Source: Bdellovibrionales bacterium (GTDB lineage Bacteria > Bdellovibrionota > Bdellovibrionia > Bdellovibrionales > UBA1609). From it: a DNA stretch of 64,000 nucleotides. The translations under genes and the position numbers were made by a program. The DNA lies in contig JAWLHR010000018.1 of NCBI GenBank assembly GCA_041690295.1, positions 1 through 64,000 on the forward strand. Reading direction: 5' to 3'. Below are positions 18,664 through 29,119 of the stretch, piece by piece (the stretch's first letter is position 1; each line of letters opens with the position of its first letter). The notes below the pieces were generated by a model that was not told the origin of the DNA, ran no database searches, and saw only the letters and a program-made list of their open reading frames with translations.

Positions 18664-19562
18664 AATTGAATCGCTCCCGGCATTAAGAATAACGGCTTGG
18701 CGTTCAACTCAAATTTCAAAAATTCAGTACTCAGGCGGCTTTCGGAGGCTTCCTCGAGCACTTCGAAAAATGATCGCCGCTTTTGCGCTTTAAACACTTC
18801 GGGATCAGAACCCAAACCCGTCATTTCCCCCAGAAGTTTACGGGCATCCTCCCAAGTGCCGATCGAATCAGCGAATCCCAGCTTCACCGCCTGCGCTCCG
18901 GTGAAAATCCGACCGTCGGCGTATTGATCGACGACCTCGGATTTCATATTGCGCCCTTCAACGATGGCGATTTTGAACTGCGCGAGAACATCATCCAGCA
19001 TTTCCTGAAAGAGCGCCCGTGCTTCCGGACTTAAGGGCTTGTATTCCGCACCGGCATTTTTGAAACGCCCGGTGGTGATGGCGTACCTTTCCACCTTCGC
19101 CCAGGCATAAAGTTTTTCCAGATTGATAAACTCCATCATCGCGCCGATCGAGCCCATCATACAGCCGGGAGTGGTCACGATTTTATCGGCACCGGCCGCC
19201 GCATAATAGGCACCTGACGCGGCCACCGTCGCGCAAAACGCCACCACCGGTTTTTTGAATTCGTCACGTGTGCGGCGCAGTTCTTCATAAAGCTCTTGGC
19301 TGGGCCCCACGACTCCACCTGGTGAACTGATCCGCAAAAGCACGCCTTTTACACGGTTGTCTTTGCGGTGCTTGCGCAGTTGTTCCAAAATGAACTTGTT
19401 GTCGATAATGATCCCGTCCAGATCCAGCGCGAGAAGGGACGCTTTGGAGATCCTCTCCTCCGGCGGCCTGAAAATACTGATCACCCCGCCGACTCCAACC
19501 AGAAATCCGGCCAAAAAGAGGATCACCACAACGATCAATAGGAATTGTAAAAAACGTTTCAT
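18660..19562 (-). CDS. sppA: Signal peptide peptidase SppA (36K type)
   Basis: SPGG, AASGAYY, GSIG, DGRIFTG. Confidence 0.95.
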   Translation of the reverse strand: MKRFLQFLLIVVVILFLAGFLVGVGGVISIFRPPEERISKASLLALDLDGIIIDNKFILEQLRKHRKDNRVKGVLLRISSPGGVVGPSQELYEELRRTRDEFKKPVVAFCATVAASGAYYAAAGADKIVTTPGCMMGSIGAMMEFINLEKLYAWAKVERYAITTGRFKNAGAEYKPLSPEARALFQEMLDDVLAQFKIAIVEGRNMKSEVVDQYADGRIFTGAQAVKLGFADSIGTWEDARKLLGEMTGLGSDPEVFKAQKRRSFFEVLEEASESRLSTEFLKFELNAKPLFLMPGAIQF

Positions 19563-19736
19563 AAGCCGCTAGAATACTTCAGGACTTATGAAAATGGGCC
19601 TTTGAATTCGAGGGCTTTGGCCTTGCGTCAAGTACCGAGATTCCACACTGATCTCAAACTGAGACATTGAAGCCGCCAATTTGGATTCCTTTCAAAATGT
19701 GAGCCTTCACTCTCCCGCCCAAGCGTAAAGTGGAAG

Positions 19737-21356
19737 ATGTGGGAAGTCATTAAAGGGGGGAAAATGTTGACAGGTCATTTCAAATGGATGGTGGTGACAT
19801 CGTGGTTCATCAGCCAGATCGCCAGCGCCGCCAGCACCACGATCACAGCGGTTGAAGACGCCCTTGTGTCCGCTAAGAAGCCATCATCGAATTTTGGCTC
19901 TTCGTCCACTTTGGAGTCCGACACTTCGCCGATGACGGAAAGCTACATCAAATTCCGTATTCCCGAGCTTAAGGGGAAAATCACCGGCGCCAAGCTTCGC
20001 CTTTACGTGACAAACAAGTCCAAACAGGGGCCCACAATCGCCGTTGCGGCCTCCAACTGGTCAGAAAGCACTGTGACCTACAATTCGCGCCCGTCGATTT
20101 TGAAATCGGCGATCGCCACCAGCAAGGACCTGAAAAAGAAAACTTATGTGGAGTACGATGTTCTCGCCGGAATTACCAACCCCGGCCTCATCACCTTCGC
20201 GCTTTTACCAACATCCAGTGACGGTGCCGATTTCTCATCCCGAGAATCCAAGCAACCGCCGCAACTGATTTTAACCTTTGATTCGAATATGCCGGCCCCT
20301 GCGCCAGCGCCAGCGCCAGCACCTGCACCGGCTCCAGCACCCGCTCCGGCACCCGCACCCGCTCCGGCACCCGCACCCGCTCCGGCACCCGCACCCGCTC
20401 CGGCACCCGCACCTGCACCGGCACCCGCGCCCGCACCAGCACCCGCGCCCGCACCGGCTCCATCACCGGTCTCGGCCGCATGCATGGTGCAGCCCAATAC
20501 CCAAGTCACCACTTTGAATGGAGTCTACACTTCATCCATTAAAATTCCCAAACCGCCGTCTCCCGCGATCGTGGATGCACGCGGAGCCTATTCTCTCACC
20601 ATCGGCGGCAAGGCTTTGGAAATCGGCGATAAAACGCCGGCCAACAACATGTGCATCATGGGATTGACCGTGATCGGCCAACAGTCGCGCACGCTGAGTT
20701 GGCGAACCATGCATGACGACATCGGAGGATCCGCATTGCGAGTTTACGGATCCAACTATGTGGTGGACGGTCTCCGGGCGGAGAACGTGCAGGACGGATT
20801 CGATCCGCGCGGCGGCGACAAATTTGAACTCCGTAACGCCTGGATGAGCTACGTTCGCGACGACTGTATCGAGAACGATGAAAGAGGAGAACTCTACGTA
20901 AGGGACAGCTTGTTCGACGGCTGCTACACATTCTTGAGCGAACAAGAGGACGGGTCCGTGGAAGGTGAGTCGCTCGTCCTCGAGAACGTCCTCGTGCGGC
21001 TCGCACCGCTGCCCGCTCCCCGCGGCACGGAGGATCCGAAAATTCTCGGCCATGGCTCCTTCTTTAAAAAGTTCGATAAAGGCGGCCGACATCAACCGGT
21101 CATCCGCGACTCGATCTTCTTCTTGGACGGCGACTGCTACAGCGGCTGTAAAGACTGGCCGCCCGGCACGAAAGCTTCAAACGTGACCGTGATTTGGACT
21201 GGTCCTGGAAAGTTCCCGATGAGTGTCCTGCCGGGAATGACTCTGATCAACGATCGAAGCGTCTGGGACCAGGCCGTGCAACGATGGAAATCCCGGCACG
21301 GCTGTACAACCATGGATAAGGTTTGCACGAAATTGCATACGCCCGATCCGCTCTAA
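19737..21356 (+). CDS. Secreted modular protein: CBM96/DNRLRE-like domain, (PA)28 linker and a probable right-handed beta-helix domain
   Basis: Signal ending ASA; 'ESYIKF...AKLRLYV...WSESTVTYNSRP...FSSRES..PQL' CBM96 pattern; C-terminal Asp-rich 'VRDDCIEND...DSLFDGC'. Confidence 0.82.
   Translation: MWEVIKGGKMLTGHFKWMVVTSWFISQIASAASTTITAVEDALVSAKKPSSNFGSSSTLESDTSPMTESYIKFRIPELKGKITGAKLRLYVTNKSKQGPTIAVAASNWSESTVTYNSRPSILKSAIATSKDLKKKTYVEYDVLAGITNPGLITFALLPTSSDGADFSSRESKQPPQLILTFDSNMPAPAPAPAPAPAPAPAPAPAPAPAPAPAPAPAPAPAPAPAPAPAPAPAPAPAPAPAPSPVSAACMVQPNTQVTTLNGVYTSSIKIPKPPSPAIVDARGAYSLTIGGKALEIGDKTPANNMCIMGLTVIGQQSRTLSWRTMHDDIGGSALRVYGSNYVVDGLRAENVQDGFDPRGGDKFELRNAWMSYVRDDCIENDERGELYVRDSLFDGCYTFLSEQEDGSVEGESLVLENVLVRLAPLPAPRGTEDPKILGHGSFFKKFDKGGRHQPVIRDSIFFLDGDCYSGCKDWPPGTKASNVTVIWTGPGKFPMSVLPGMTLINDRSVWDQAVQRWKSRHGCTTMDKVCTKLHTPDPL
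20292..20459 (+). repeat. Pro-Ala coding repeat (28 PA units)
   Basis: Includes four exact copies of CCCGCTCCGGCACCCGCA at 20340-20411. Confidence 0.95.
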
Positions 21357-21357
21357 A

Positions 21358-21389
21358 ACCATCTAACCATCCTACCATCCTACCATCAT
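21358..21389. repeat. 8-bp tandem repeat x4 (consensus ACCATCCT)
   Basis: accatcta accatcct accatcct accatcat. Confidence 0.8.
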
Positions 21390-21483
21390 ACTGTGGGGGT
21401 GGGGCGAGCGTGCCCCGCCCCCTCTCCCAAACCAAAAGTGATGCGCCCGGATCTCGTTCTTCGCGTCTGATCCATCTCCAAAT

Positions 21484-21512
21484 AAAAAAGCCACCCTTTC
21501 GGATGGCTTTTT
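21484..21512. terminator. Bidirectional intrinsic terminator between rpsA and the CBM96 gene
   Basis: AAAAAAGCCACCC-TTTC-GGATGGCTTTTT hairpin flanked by A and T tracts. Confidence 0.88.
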
Positions 21513-21536
21513 AAATTCACGGGATATTGCTAGCGA

Positions 21537-23360
21537 TTAGCTTTTCTTCTCGCCCTCGCCCAGCGAAGCTTTCAACGTGTCGCCGAAGAGATCGCCCAAG
21601 CTGGTCTTGGATGTGGCGGTGGCTTTCTTCACATAGTCATCCACATCGGCTTTTTGTTCACGCAGCTTCACGAGCTTCGCGCTCAAGCCGATTTTACGCG
21701 AATCGCGGTCGATGGTGATGATCTCAGCGCGAATCACGTCGCCGACATTCACCGCTTCTTCCGTTTTCTCAATGCGCTTAGTGGAAAGTTCAGAGATGTG
21801 GATCAAGCCTTCGATATCGCTTTCGAGTTCAACGAAAGCACCGAAATCAGCGATCTTAACGACTTTCACATCGTACTGAGAGCCGATTTTGTACTTGTCT
21901 TCGATGTTGGCCCACGGATCCGCTTCAAGCTGCTTAATGCCGAGGCTGAAGCGCTCGTTTTCAATGTCCACGCCGAGAACCACGGCACGGACCTTGTCTC
22001 CCTTCTTCAACATTTCAGAAGGATGGTTGATCCGCTTGGTCCATGAGAAATCGGAAATGTGAACCATACCGTCGATGCCTTCATCCACACCGATGAACGC
22101 ACCGAAATCCGTGATGGATTTGACTTCGCCCTCGATAATGGTGCCCGGAGGATAGGATTCCTTGAGCTCAACCCACGGATTCGGCTCAAGCTGTTTCATG
22201 CCCAAGCTGATACGGCGGTTGGCGGAATCGATTTCCAGAACCTGCACATCGACTTCGTCGCCGACTTTGAGAATCTGCGACGGGTGCTTCACGCGCTTCG
22301 TCCAGCTCATTTCGCTGACGTGGATCAAACCTTCCACGCCCTCAGCCAGTTCGACGAAGGCACCGTAGTCGGTCAAGCTGACCACTTTACCGCGGACTTT
22401 TTTGCCCACGGTGAACTCGTTGGCCACGCTATCCCACGGATCGGGCTTGAGTTGCTTAAGACCAAGAGAAACACGCTCTTTTTCGTTGTCGAATTTCAAG
22501 ACTTTGACTTCGATCTCATCGCCCACATTGAGTATTTCCGAAGGATGCTTCACGCGTCCCCAGCTCATGTCGGTGATGTGCAACAGACCATCCATTCCGC
22601 CCAAATCAATGAAGGCGCCGTAATCGGTGATGTTCTTCACAATACCTTTCACGACCGAGCCCTCTTTCATGGCGTCGAGAGTCTGTGTGCGCAGGCTTTC
22701 ACGCTCTTCTTCAAGCAAAGCCCGGCGGGAAAGAACGATGTTTCCGCGCTTCTTATTGAATTTGATAACTTTGAATTTATAGCGCTTACCGATGTAGGCA
22801 TCGATGTTGCGCACCGGACGAAGATCAATCTGGCTGCCCGGGAGAAACGCTTTGACGCCGATATCGACGCTCAAGCCGCCTTTAACCTTAGCGATGATCG
22901 TACCTTCGATGACCTCTTCGTTTTCCGCCGCGCGGGAAATGTCATTCCAGGCGCGAAGCATGTCGGCTTTGTCTTTGCTCAAAACCACCATGCCATTCTC
23001 GTTTTCGATGCGGTCGATATAAACCTCGACTTCGGAGCCGACCTGAATGTCGCGCGCGCCATCAACCACACGGAATTCGGAGATGGGAATCAACCCTTCA
23101 CTCTTATAGTTGATGTCGACGAGAACGTAATCTTCCTGCACTTCCACCACGCGGCCGGTGACGATGTCGCCCACCTTGTGGTCCCGTTCTCCTAATGATT
23201 TTTCGAAAAGATCGGCGAAGCTTTCGCCTGTTTTGATGGGTGTATTGAAAAGACCCGGGTTCTGGGGAACCTCTTTATCGGCGGCGTCGAGTTGAGCCAG
23301 AATTTTCTCCCTTTCGATCTGTGCTCGACTCTTTCCTTTTCCACCGCCAGTCGTAACCAT
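21537..23360 (-). CDS. rpsA: 30S ribosomal protein S1
   Basis: Repeated S1 domains (DYGAFIDL, GLLHITDMSW); GAGGAGG RBS before ATG 23360. Confidence 0.98.
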   Translation of the reverse strand: MVTTGGGKGKSRAQIEREKILAQLDAADKEVPQNPGLFNTPIKTGESFADLFEKSLGERDHKVGDIVTGRVVEVQEDYVLVDINYKSEGLIPISEFRVVDGARDIQVGSEVEVYIDRIENENGMVVLSKDKADMLRAWNDISRAAENEEVIEGTIIAKVKGGLSVDIGVKAFLPGSQIDLRPVRNIDAYIGKRYKFKVIKFNKKRGNIVLSRRALLEEERESLRTQTLDAMKEGSVVKGIVKNITDYGAFIDLGGMDGLLHITDMSWGRVKHPSEILNVGDEIEVKVLKFDNEKERVSLGLKQLKPDPWDSVANEFTVGKKVRGKVVSLTDYGAFVELAEGVEGLIHVSEMSWTKRVKHPSQILKVGDEVDVQVLEIDSANRRISLGMKQLEPNPWVELKESYPPGTIIEGEVKSITDFGAFIGVDEGIDGMVHISDFSWTKRINHPSEMLKKGDKVRAVVLGVDIENERFSLGIKQLEADPWANIEDKYKIGSQYDVKVVKIADFGAFVELESDIEGLIHISELSTKRIEKTEEAVNVGDVIRAEIITIDRDSRKIGLSAKLVKLREQKADVDDYVKKATATSKTSLGDLFGDTLKASLGEGEKKS

Positions 23361-23485
23361 ACGCAAACATGCCTCCTCTTGGGAAAAGACCACCGAAACA
23401 GGGGTCCCCCCGTTAATTAAATTTCTCGAGCATATGATTTTTGAGCTCTGAGATAAACGTGGTTATAGAGGGTAACCTAGCAAAG

Positions 23486-24190
23486 TCAAAAGGATTTTAC
23501 ACTTTGAGCCAAAGCCTCAAGCGCCCAGCCGTGAATTCGTTCCACCACCTGGGAGATGTCCATGCCATTGGAATCCACGATTTTCGCCTCTGGTGGCACC
23601 TGCAACGGCGCAGCGCTACGTTGGCTGTCCTGATGATCCCGTTTTTCCTGAGCAGTTAAAGTGGTTTGCACGTCCAACCCCTGCTCCCGGGCTCGGCGCA
23701 GGGCACGCTCCTGCTGACTGGCGGTCAAATAGACCTTCAACACGGCCTGAGGGAACACGACGGTCCCGCAATCCCGGCCCTCCGCGACCAATCCTGCTCC
23801 GCTGGTGGCGGCATCCCGCTGATTTTTCAGCAATGCCTTGCGGACCTCAGGAATCTGGCTCACCTGACTGGCTCGAAGCGCATTTTCCTCGGCGTGGATC
23901 TCGGTGGTCACGTCCTGGTCCCGGTAAAACACGCGGGTTTGATCCGGATCCATCCGCACCTTCCAAATCGGCGAGTGGGACAATTCAACGAGCTTCTCCA
24001 CATCGGTTAAGGAAATGCCTTCACGAAAGGCCACAAAGGCCAGGCCCCGGTAAAAAGCCCCGGTTGAGACCCAGTTCCACCCAAGTCGTCGGGCTAATTC
24101 TCGGCTCACGGTGGATTTGCCCGAAGCGGAAGGGCCGTCAATTGTAATCACTGGAACATTTTGATCCCGGGTCATGAGGTTTTCATTCAC
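23486..24190 (-). CDS. cmk: Cytidylate kinase
   Basis: IDGPSASGKST, EGRDCGTVVFP; upstream of rpsA. Confidence 0.96.
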   Translation of the reverse strand: MNENLMTRDQNVPVITIDGPSASGKSTVSRELARRLGWNWVSTGAFYRGLAFVAFREGISLTDVEKLVELSHSPIWKVRMDPDQTRVFYRDQDVTTEIHAEENALRASQVSQIPEVRKALLKNQRDAATSGAGLVAEGRDCGTVVFPQAVLKVYLTASQQERALRRAREQGLDVQTTLTAQEKRDHQDSQRSAAPLQVPPEAKIVDSNGMDISQVVERIHGWALEALAQSVKSF

Positions 24191-24288
24191 AAACTTTCAT
24201 CTGACTTCGTCAAGGGGAAAGATCCCGCGTCACGTTTGCCAAACACCACAAAACTTCTACAACGGCACGGAGATCGCAAACGTAAGTC

Positions 24289-25203
24289 ATGGGAGTGAGT
24301 GAAAAAATGTGGAGATGGATTGTTGGAGTGAGCATGTCACTCCTACTCAGCATCGAAACGATTTGGGCGGTCGAACCGCCTGAAGTTGACTTCACGGTTT
24401 TCGAAGAAGTGACCGGAAGAATCTTAACCGAACTGGAACTCGAACAAATTCACCGCACGATGGAAGAGGCCGAGGCTCTGAACAATCAGGTGCAGGAAAG
24501 TCCCGATGGTTCGATTCAAAGTCTGAGATGGGGATTGGGATTTTCGAACTACGAATTCACGGTCCTCGTCTGCGGTCAGTTTAAAGTTCAAGCCGATGTA
24601 CTGATCCCCGATCGCGTGAAACAAATCCTCGGCAAAATCCCGCCGCAACTGAGTGGTAAAGCCTATCAGTTCGTGAACCGGTTTTCCGGTGAGATCATGC
24701 CCTGTCTGGATCCCCATACCGGCATCTCCTACCTGATGGCCGGCGGCGCGCACACTTTCACGGCGCCGACACTCTTAACATCGGGATTCAGCGTGGGTCT
24801 TTTCTTCACTCCCAGTACGGAAAAAATGGCCGTGGGCGAATACATGTTCGGCCGCTTTTCTTGGAATATCTCGCCCATCGGAAAGTGGGATCTGACCGGA
24901 GGCGCGGATCTCAGGTGCCTCAACGACGTGCGCCACTTGCAGTTCAAGGATTGCTCCAAATTTTTCCTGCAAACCGGATTCGGCTTCGACATCAGCGGCG
25001 CGGTCCTCGGAAAATTGCGCGGCTTACGACAGGCGGAGCCTCCACCCGAAGGCGGAGGTTTCGAGTTCGGCGCTTGGAACTTCACTTACGGTGTGATCGT
25101 GAATATTTTCGAATTCCCCTGGTATGAACGAATCAAACGGGGCTTGACCATGGAAGAGTCCTTTAAAGACATCGACCATTATGTTCCAGCGACGAATTCC
25201 TGA
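24289..25203 (+). CDS. Secreted hypothetical protein
   Basis: 304-aa ORF, signal-like N-terminus, four Cys; antisense between cmk and hisC. Confidence 0.7.
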   Translation: MGVSEKMWRWIVGVSMSLLLSIETIWAVEPPEVDFTVFEEVTGRILTELELEQIHRTMEEAEALNNQVQESPDGSIQSLRWGLGFSNYEFTVLVCGQFKVQADVLIPDRVKQILGKIPPQLSGKAYQFVNRFSGEIMPCLDPHTGISYLMAGGAHTFTAPTLLTSGFSVGLFFTPSTEKMAVGEYMFGRFSWNISPIGKWDLTGGADLRCLNDVRHLQFKDCSKFFLQTGFGFDISGAVLGKLRGLRQAEPPPEGGGFEFGAWNFTYGVIVNIFEFPWYERIKRGLTMEESFKDIDHYVPATNS

Positions 25204-26301
25204 TCAAAGCCGCAAAACTTTTTTCAAGGTTTGGATCGCGATCTTGTTTTCCTCAGGCAGACCCACGCTCATGCGAAGATGCCGAGGAAATCCATAGCTC
25301 GTCACCGGACGTAAAATCACACCTTCACGCAACATGGCCTGGAACACTTCCTCGCCGTTTCGTCCTGTATCGAACAGCACGAAGTTGCCCTGCGAGGGCA
25401 GAAAACTCAGGCCCATCTCCGTGAGCGCCGAGGTGTAGTAATCCAAACCCGTCCATGTGAGCCGCTTCACCTTTTCAAGATGTTCTTTATCCTTGATCGC
25501 GGCGATCACGGCGGCTTGCGCGACGGAGTTCACGTTGAAGGGCTTTCGGATCCGGTTCATCAGATCCACCACTTCCGGCGGCGCCATTAAAATTCCCACC
25601 CGTAATCCCGCGAGGCCGAAAACCTTACTCATCGTTCTGAGGAGCAAAAGGTTCTTGTATCGCTTGCGGGCGGCCAGGCTGTCCGGATAGTCCGTGGCGC
25701 GCACGAACTCCGCATAGGCTTCATCGAGCACGACGAAGATGTCCTTTTGGCCCGCCACACTCATGAAGTCTTCAAATTCTTTGGCGGTGAAGTAAGTCCC
25801 GGTGGGATTATTGGGGTTCGGCAAAAACACCAGACGAATGCGATTGTCTTTTTCCAGTTCCGCCGCCATCGCCTTGAGATCAAATCGGTGATCCGGCGTC
25901 ATCGGAGCGTAAATCGTCCGCGCGCGAACGCTTTGCGCGGAAATCTGATAGGCGGAAAACGCGCCCTTCGAAGTCAAAATGGCGTCGCCCGGCTCGCAAT
26001 AAACCTGCGTGAGAATATCAACCAGCTCGTCGGAACCGTTGCCGAAGATCAATTCCTCGCCCGAAACGCCGTAGTACTCCATCAGGCAGCGCCGCATTTC
26101 AAAACAAGCGCCGTCCGGATAGCGGTGAATCTCATTGAGCGCTTCCTTCATGGCCTTTAAGACCGATTCACTCGGACCGATCGGACATTCGTTGCTGGCC
26201 AATTTGATGACTCGTTCGAGCCCCAGTTCACGTTGTGTTTCCGAAATCGGCTTACCCGGTTGATAGGGACGAAGTGATAAAATTTCGGGCGAGACTTTCA
26301 C
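25204..26301 (-). CDS. hisC: Histidinol-phosphate aminotransferase
   Basis: KLASNE, GNGSDE, NPNNPTG, DEAY, RTMSKVFGLAGLRVG. Confidence 0.95.
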   Translation of the reverse strand: MKVSPEILSLRPYQPGKPISETQRELGLERVIKLASNECPIGPSESVLKAMKEALNEIHRYPDGACFEMRRCLMEYYGVSGEELIFGNGSDELVDILTQVYCEPGDAILTSKGAFSAYQISAQSVRARTIYAPMTPDHRFDLKAMAAELEKDNRIRLVFLPNPNNPTGTYFTAKEFEDFMSVAGQKDIFVVLDEAYAEFVRATDYPDSLAARKRYKNLLLLRTMSKVFGLAGLRVGILMAPPEVVDLMNRIRKPFNVNSVAQAAVIAAIKDKEHLEKVKRLTWTGLDYYTSALTEMGLSFLPSQGNFVLFDTGRNGEEVFQAMLREGVILRPVTSYGFPRHLRMSVGLPEENKIAIQTLKKVLRL

Positions 26302-26311
26302 GAAAACTCCT

Positions 26312-27514
26312 TTAAAGAATATGCCCGCCGAGCGAGCGGAAGGCTTCTTTTAATTCATTAGCGTGATCTTGGCTTCGCGTTTCCAACAGGAATTCAATGA
26401 TCGTTTCAGAAAGTTTCACGCCCTGGCGAACCCGGTCATGTTTCACATCGATGATGTTGGCGCCTTTTTCAGCAATGGCGTTGGTCAACTTCATTAATGA
26501 CCCCGGGCGATCGGGCATGATCACACTGATTCGCACCAAACGTCCCCGTTGGCTCAACCCACGCTCAATCACTTTTGATATCAAATTGAGATCGATGTTT
26601 CCGCCGGAAAGAAGCAGACAACATTTTTTTCCCAAATCCCAACCGGACTTCTCCGCACCGGCCAAAACCACGGCCCCGGAGCCCTCGACAACGGTTTTCG
26701 CTCGTTCCAGGAAGTACACGATGCTTTCCGCGATTTCCTCATCACTCACGTCGATAATGTCGTCGACCAGACGGGAAATGTAATCCTTGTACATGGTTTC
26801 GCTCGGTCGCTTAACCGAGATGCCGTCCGCGATGGTCATGGCGGTGGGCGAGACGTCCAATTTTTCGTGATTGAATAACTGTTTCATTCCCGGTGAGGCT
26901 TGTGAAACCACGCCGTAGATGCGCGCGCTCGGCCGCTGCGATTTGATCGCGGTCGCCACACCGCTGATCAGGCCGCCGCCGCCGATGGGAACAACCACCG
27001 AATCCACTTCGGGAATTTGCTCGAGAATCTCAAGACCACAAGTCCCCTGCCCCGCGATCACCAACGGATCCTCATAGGGATGAATGAACGTGTATCCGTG
27101 CTGTTTTTCCAGAGCGCGCGCATGTTGATAGGATTCGTCGTAAACGCGGCCATGAAGAATCACTTCGGCGCCGTACTTTTGCGTGGCCATGATCTTCACC
27201 AACGGCGAAGTTTCAGGCATCACCACATGCGCTTTCGCTCCCACGGAGGAGGCGGCGTAGGCCACGCCTTGGGCGTGATTGCCCGCGCTTGAAGCCACAA
27301 GGCCCTTCGCCAGTTCCTCTTTCGGGAGAGAAAGCATTTTATTCAGCGAACCGCGGACTTTAAAACTACCCGTGGTCTGCTGGTTTTCCATTTTGAGATA
27401 AACTTCGGTTTTCAGACGTTCAGAAACAGAGCGGCTGCGATTCACTGGAGTGGTTTGAATCAAATGACCCAGGCGGCGGCGCGCGGCGATGACATCCTCA
27501 AGGCGAATCGGCAT
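26312..27514 (-). CDS. ilvA: Threonine ammonia-lyase with a C-terminal ACT domain
   Basis: GSFKVRG, SAGNHAQG, GGGGL, SGGNID, DRPG. Confidence 0.93.
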   Translation of the reverse strand: MPIRLEDVIAARRRLGHLIQTTPVNRSRSVSERLKTEVYLKMENQQTTGSFKVRGSLNKMLSLPKEELAKGLVASSAGNHAQGVAYAASSVGAKAHVVMPETSPLVKIMATQKYGAEVILHGRVYDESYQHARALEKQHGYTFIHPYEDPLVIAGQGTCGLEILEQIPEVDSVVVPIGGGGLISGVATAIKSQRPSARIYGVVSQASPGMKQLFNHEKLDVSPTAMTIADGISVKRPSETMYKDYISRLVDDIIDVSDEEIAESIVYFLERAKTVVEGSGAVVLAGAEKSGWDLGKKCCLLLSGGNIDLNLISKVIERGLSQRGRLVRISVIMPDRPGSLMKLTNAIAEKGANIIDVKHDRVRQGVKLSETIIEFLLETRSQDHANELKEAFRSLGGHIL

Positions 27515-27522
27515 TCGCCGAC

Positions 27523-27747
27523 TTAATCACTTGACCAATAGGCCGTCAACCCTTGCACCGGTCGCCATTGTCCGTCCAGATCGGGTGGTCTTAATCCACC
27601 TTCGGCAAGTATGGGTTTAAATTGATCGTTGAAATAATAAAATGGGGCGAACGGCTTGCCACATTTGGCGCAACGCCGAACCTGGTTCGGCGCCTCACCT
27701 ATGTGACCGCACACGTGACATCGGCGGTAAGCGCGAGTCTTTGACAT
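27523..27747 (-). CDS. Small zinc-ribbon protein
   Basis: CHVC...CAKC; AGAG upstream of ATG 27747. Confidence 0.7.
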   Translation of the reverse strand: MSKTRAYRRCHVCGHIGEAPNQVRRCAKCGKPFAPFYYFNDQFKPILAEGGLRPPDLDGQWRPVQGLTAYWSSD

Positions 27748-27924
27748 CTTCGTCGCTCTCTTCCCACAGACTGTCTTCTTAATCTTGATCCCTTGAATCA
27801 CTCCCCGCCTGGACGGCGGATCCCACGGAACAAATTCAGGATCGCATATCGACGTTCAATTGTCCATAGATCAAAACGATAAATATCTGATTTTACGTGT
27901 CTTTTTGTGACAAAGCCCGGCGCG

Positions 27925-29100
27925 TCAGTTCTGCGGTGTGCCGGAACTGATCCAAATGTCGACAACCGCACGATCATTCGCGGGCAGCAATCCGGTGGGC
28001 GGCATCGGGTTGGCCGCGTTGTACATCCGGCTTTGGATCAATAAGGCACTCTGCTGAGCTTGCTGATACGACTGCAAATTCAATCCACCTTGCGGGTTGT
28101 TGTTGCTATGGCAGTTGATGCAAGCGCGACTGAAAACACCGAGCGTTTGGTTGCCGGAAACTAAGTCCGAGAAGGTGATACGGTCTGGCAGTGTGCCACC
28201 GCCACCGCCACCGCCGCCACCACCGGATCCGGTGATCGCTTTGCCGGATCCATCAAGAATCTTGCCGAATCGAAGCGCGAAGGTGTCCGTATTTTCCACG
28301 GTTCCGACCGCGATGGCGAAATTGCCACCTGGCTGCATCAATGTCTCAGTTCCGGAATTCACGACCACATCGACGTTATCGAAGAAGGTGAAGTCCTTAA
28401 GGAGCTCGCCATTCTTGAGGATTTTAATTCCTTGAATTTGATAAGCCGGCAATGGAGCGCTTCCTGTCACCGCCACACGGGGATTTTTGAACTCGTAACC
28501 AACGGTTTGGTTGTTGATCACGCCCCGACGAATCTCCACACTCACGGTCAGCCGGATTTGTCCCGCCAAACTTGGATCAGCCAACTCGGATGTGAGATCG
28601 AAAGTCAGGCGCGGCCAATTGGCCGTCGGGTTTGGTGGGTTACCGGTGTAAACGTTGGCCGGCGCGGGCTTGCTGATAGTCTCAATATTCGTCGCGGAAG
28701 TACACTTCGCGGCGATGGCTTCGGCTTCCTTGAATTTATCTTGGGCGCTATCGATCAGAGCCTGGTGCTGCGGACCCGTCCGCGGCGGCTGGTGACCGGG
28801 ATTTACGGCCATACGCTCGACGTTGTTACGGGTGACGCTGATAAAAGAGTTGAACGCTTCATTGAAATTGGCGGACGCGAACGGTCTTCCCGATGTCCCG
28901 CCGGTATCGTGACAGCTCGTACAAGCAGTTCTGAAGGCGGGATAATAGGTTTGCCTGTAGACCGCGGCCACCGCGGCTTCACATGATTTGGAAGAGAAAT
29001 CTTCGTAGCCGCTTTGATGCGTGGCCGTCATCGAGCAATTTTGAAACCCGAAGAAGAGCGCAAGCAATCCGACGATTGTGATTTGAAACGTTCTGCTCAC
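27925..29100 (-). CDS. FQNC lipoprotein, di-heme cytochrome c
   Basis: FGFQNC lipobox; CTSCH and CINCH; poly-Gly linker; distal MPP. Confidence 0.85.
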   Translation of the reverse strand: MSRTFQITIVGLLALFFGFQNCSMTATHQSGYEDFSSKSCEAAVAAVYRQTYYPAFRTACTSCHDTGGTSGRPFASANFNEAFNSFISVTRNNVERMAVNPGHQPPRTGPQHQALIDSAQDKFKEAEAIAAKCTSATNIETISKPAPANVYTGNPPNPTANWPRLTFDLTSELADPSLAGQIRLTVSVEIRRGVINNQTVGYEFKNPRVAVTGSAPLPAYQIQGIKILKNGELLKDFTFFDNVDVVVNSGTETLMQPGGNFAIAVGTVENTDTFALRFGKILDGSGKAITGSGGGGGGGGGGTLPDRITFSDLVSGNQTLGVFSRACINCHSNNNPQGGLNLQSYQQAQQSALLIQSRMYNAANPMPPTGLLPANDRAVVDIWISSGTPQN

Positions 29101-29119
29101 ATCAACCCTCTTTTGCTTC

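Noticed and set aside
20144..20517. GA-, VRVPER- and HPHPLR-repeat ORFs
   Set aside because: They are alternative-frame readings of the PA linker.
21654..23195. Long antisense ORFs over rpsA (similar ones over pgk, gldA and gldG)
   Set aside because: These are shadow ORFs from codon bias opposite highly conserved genes.
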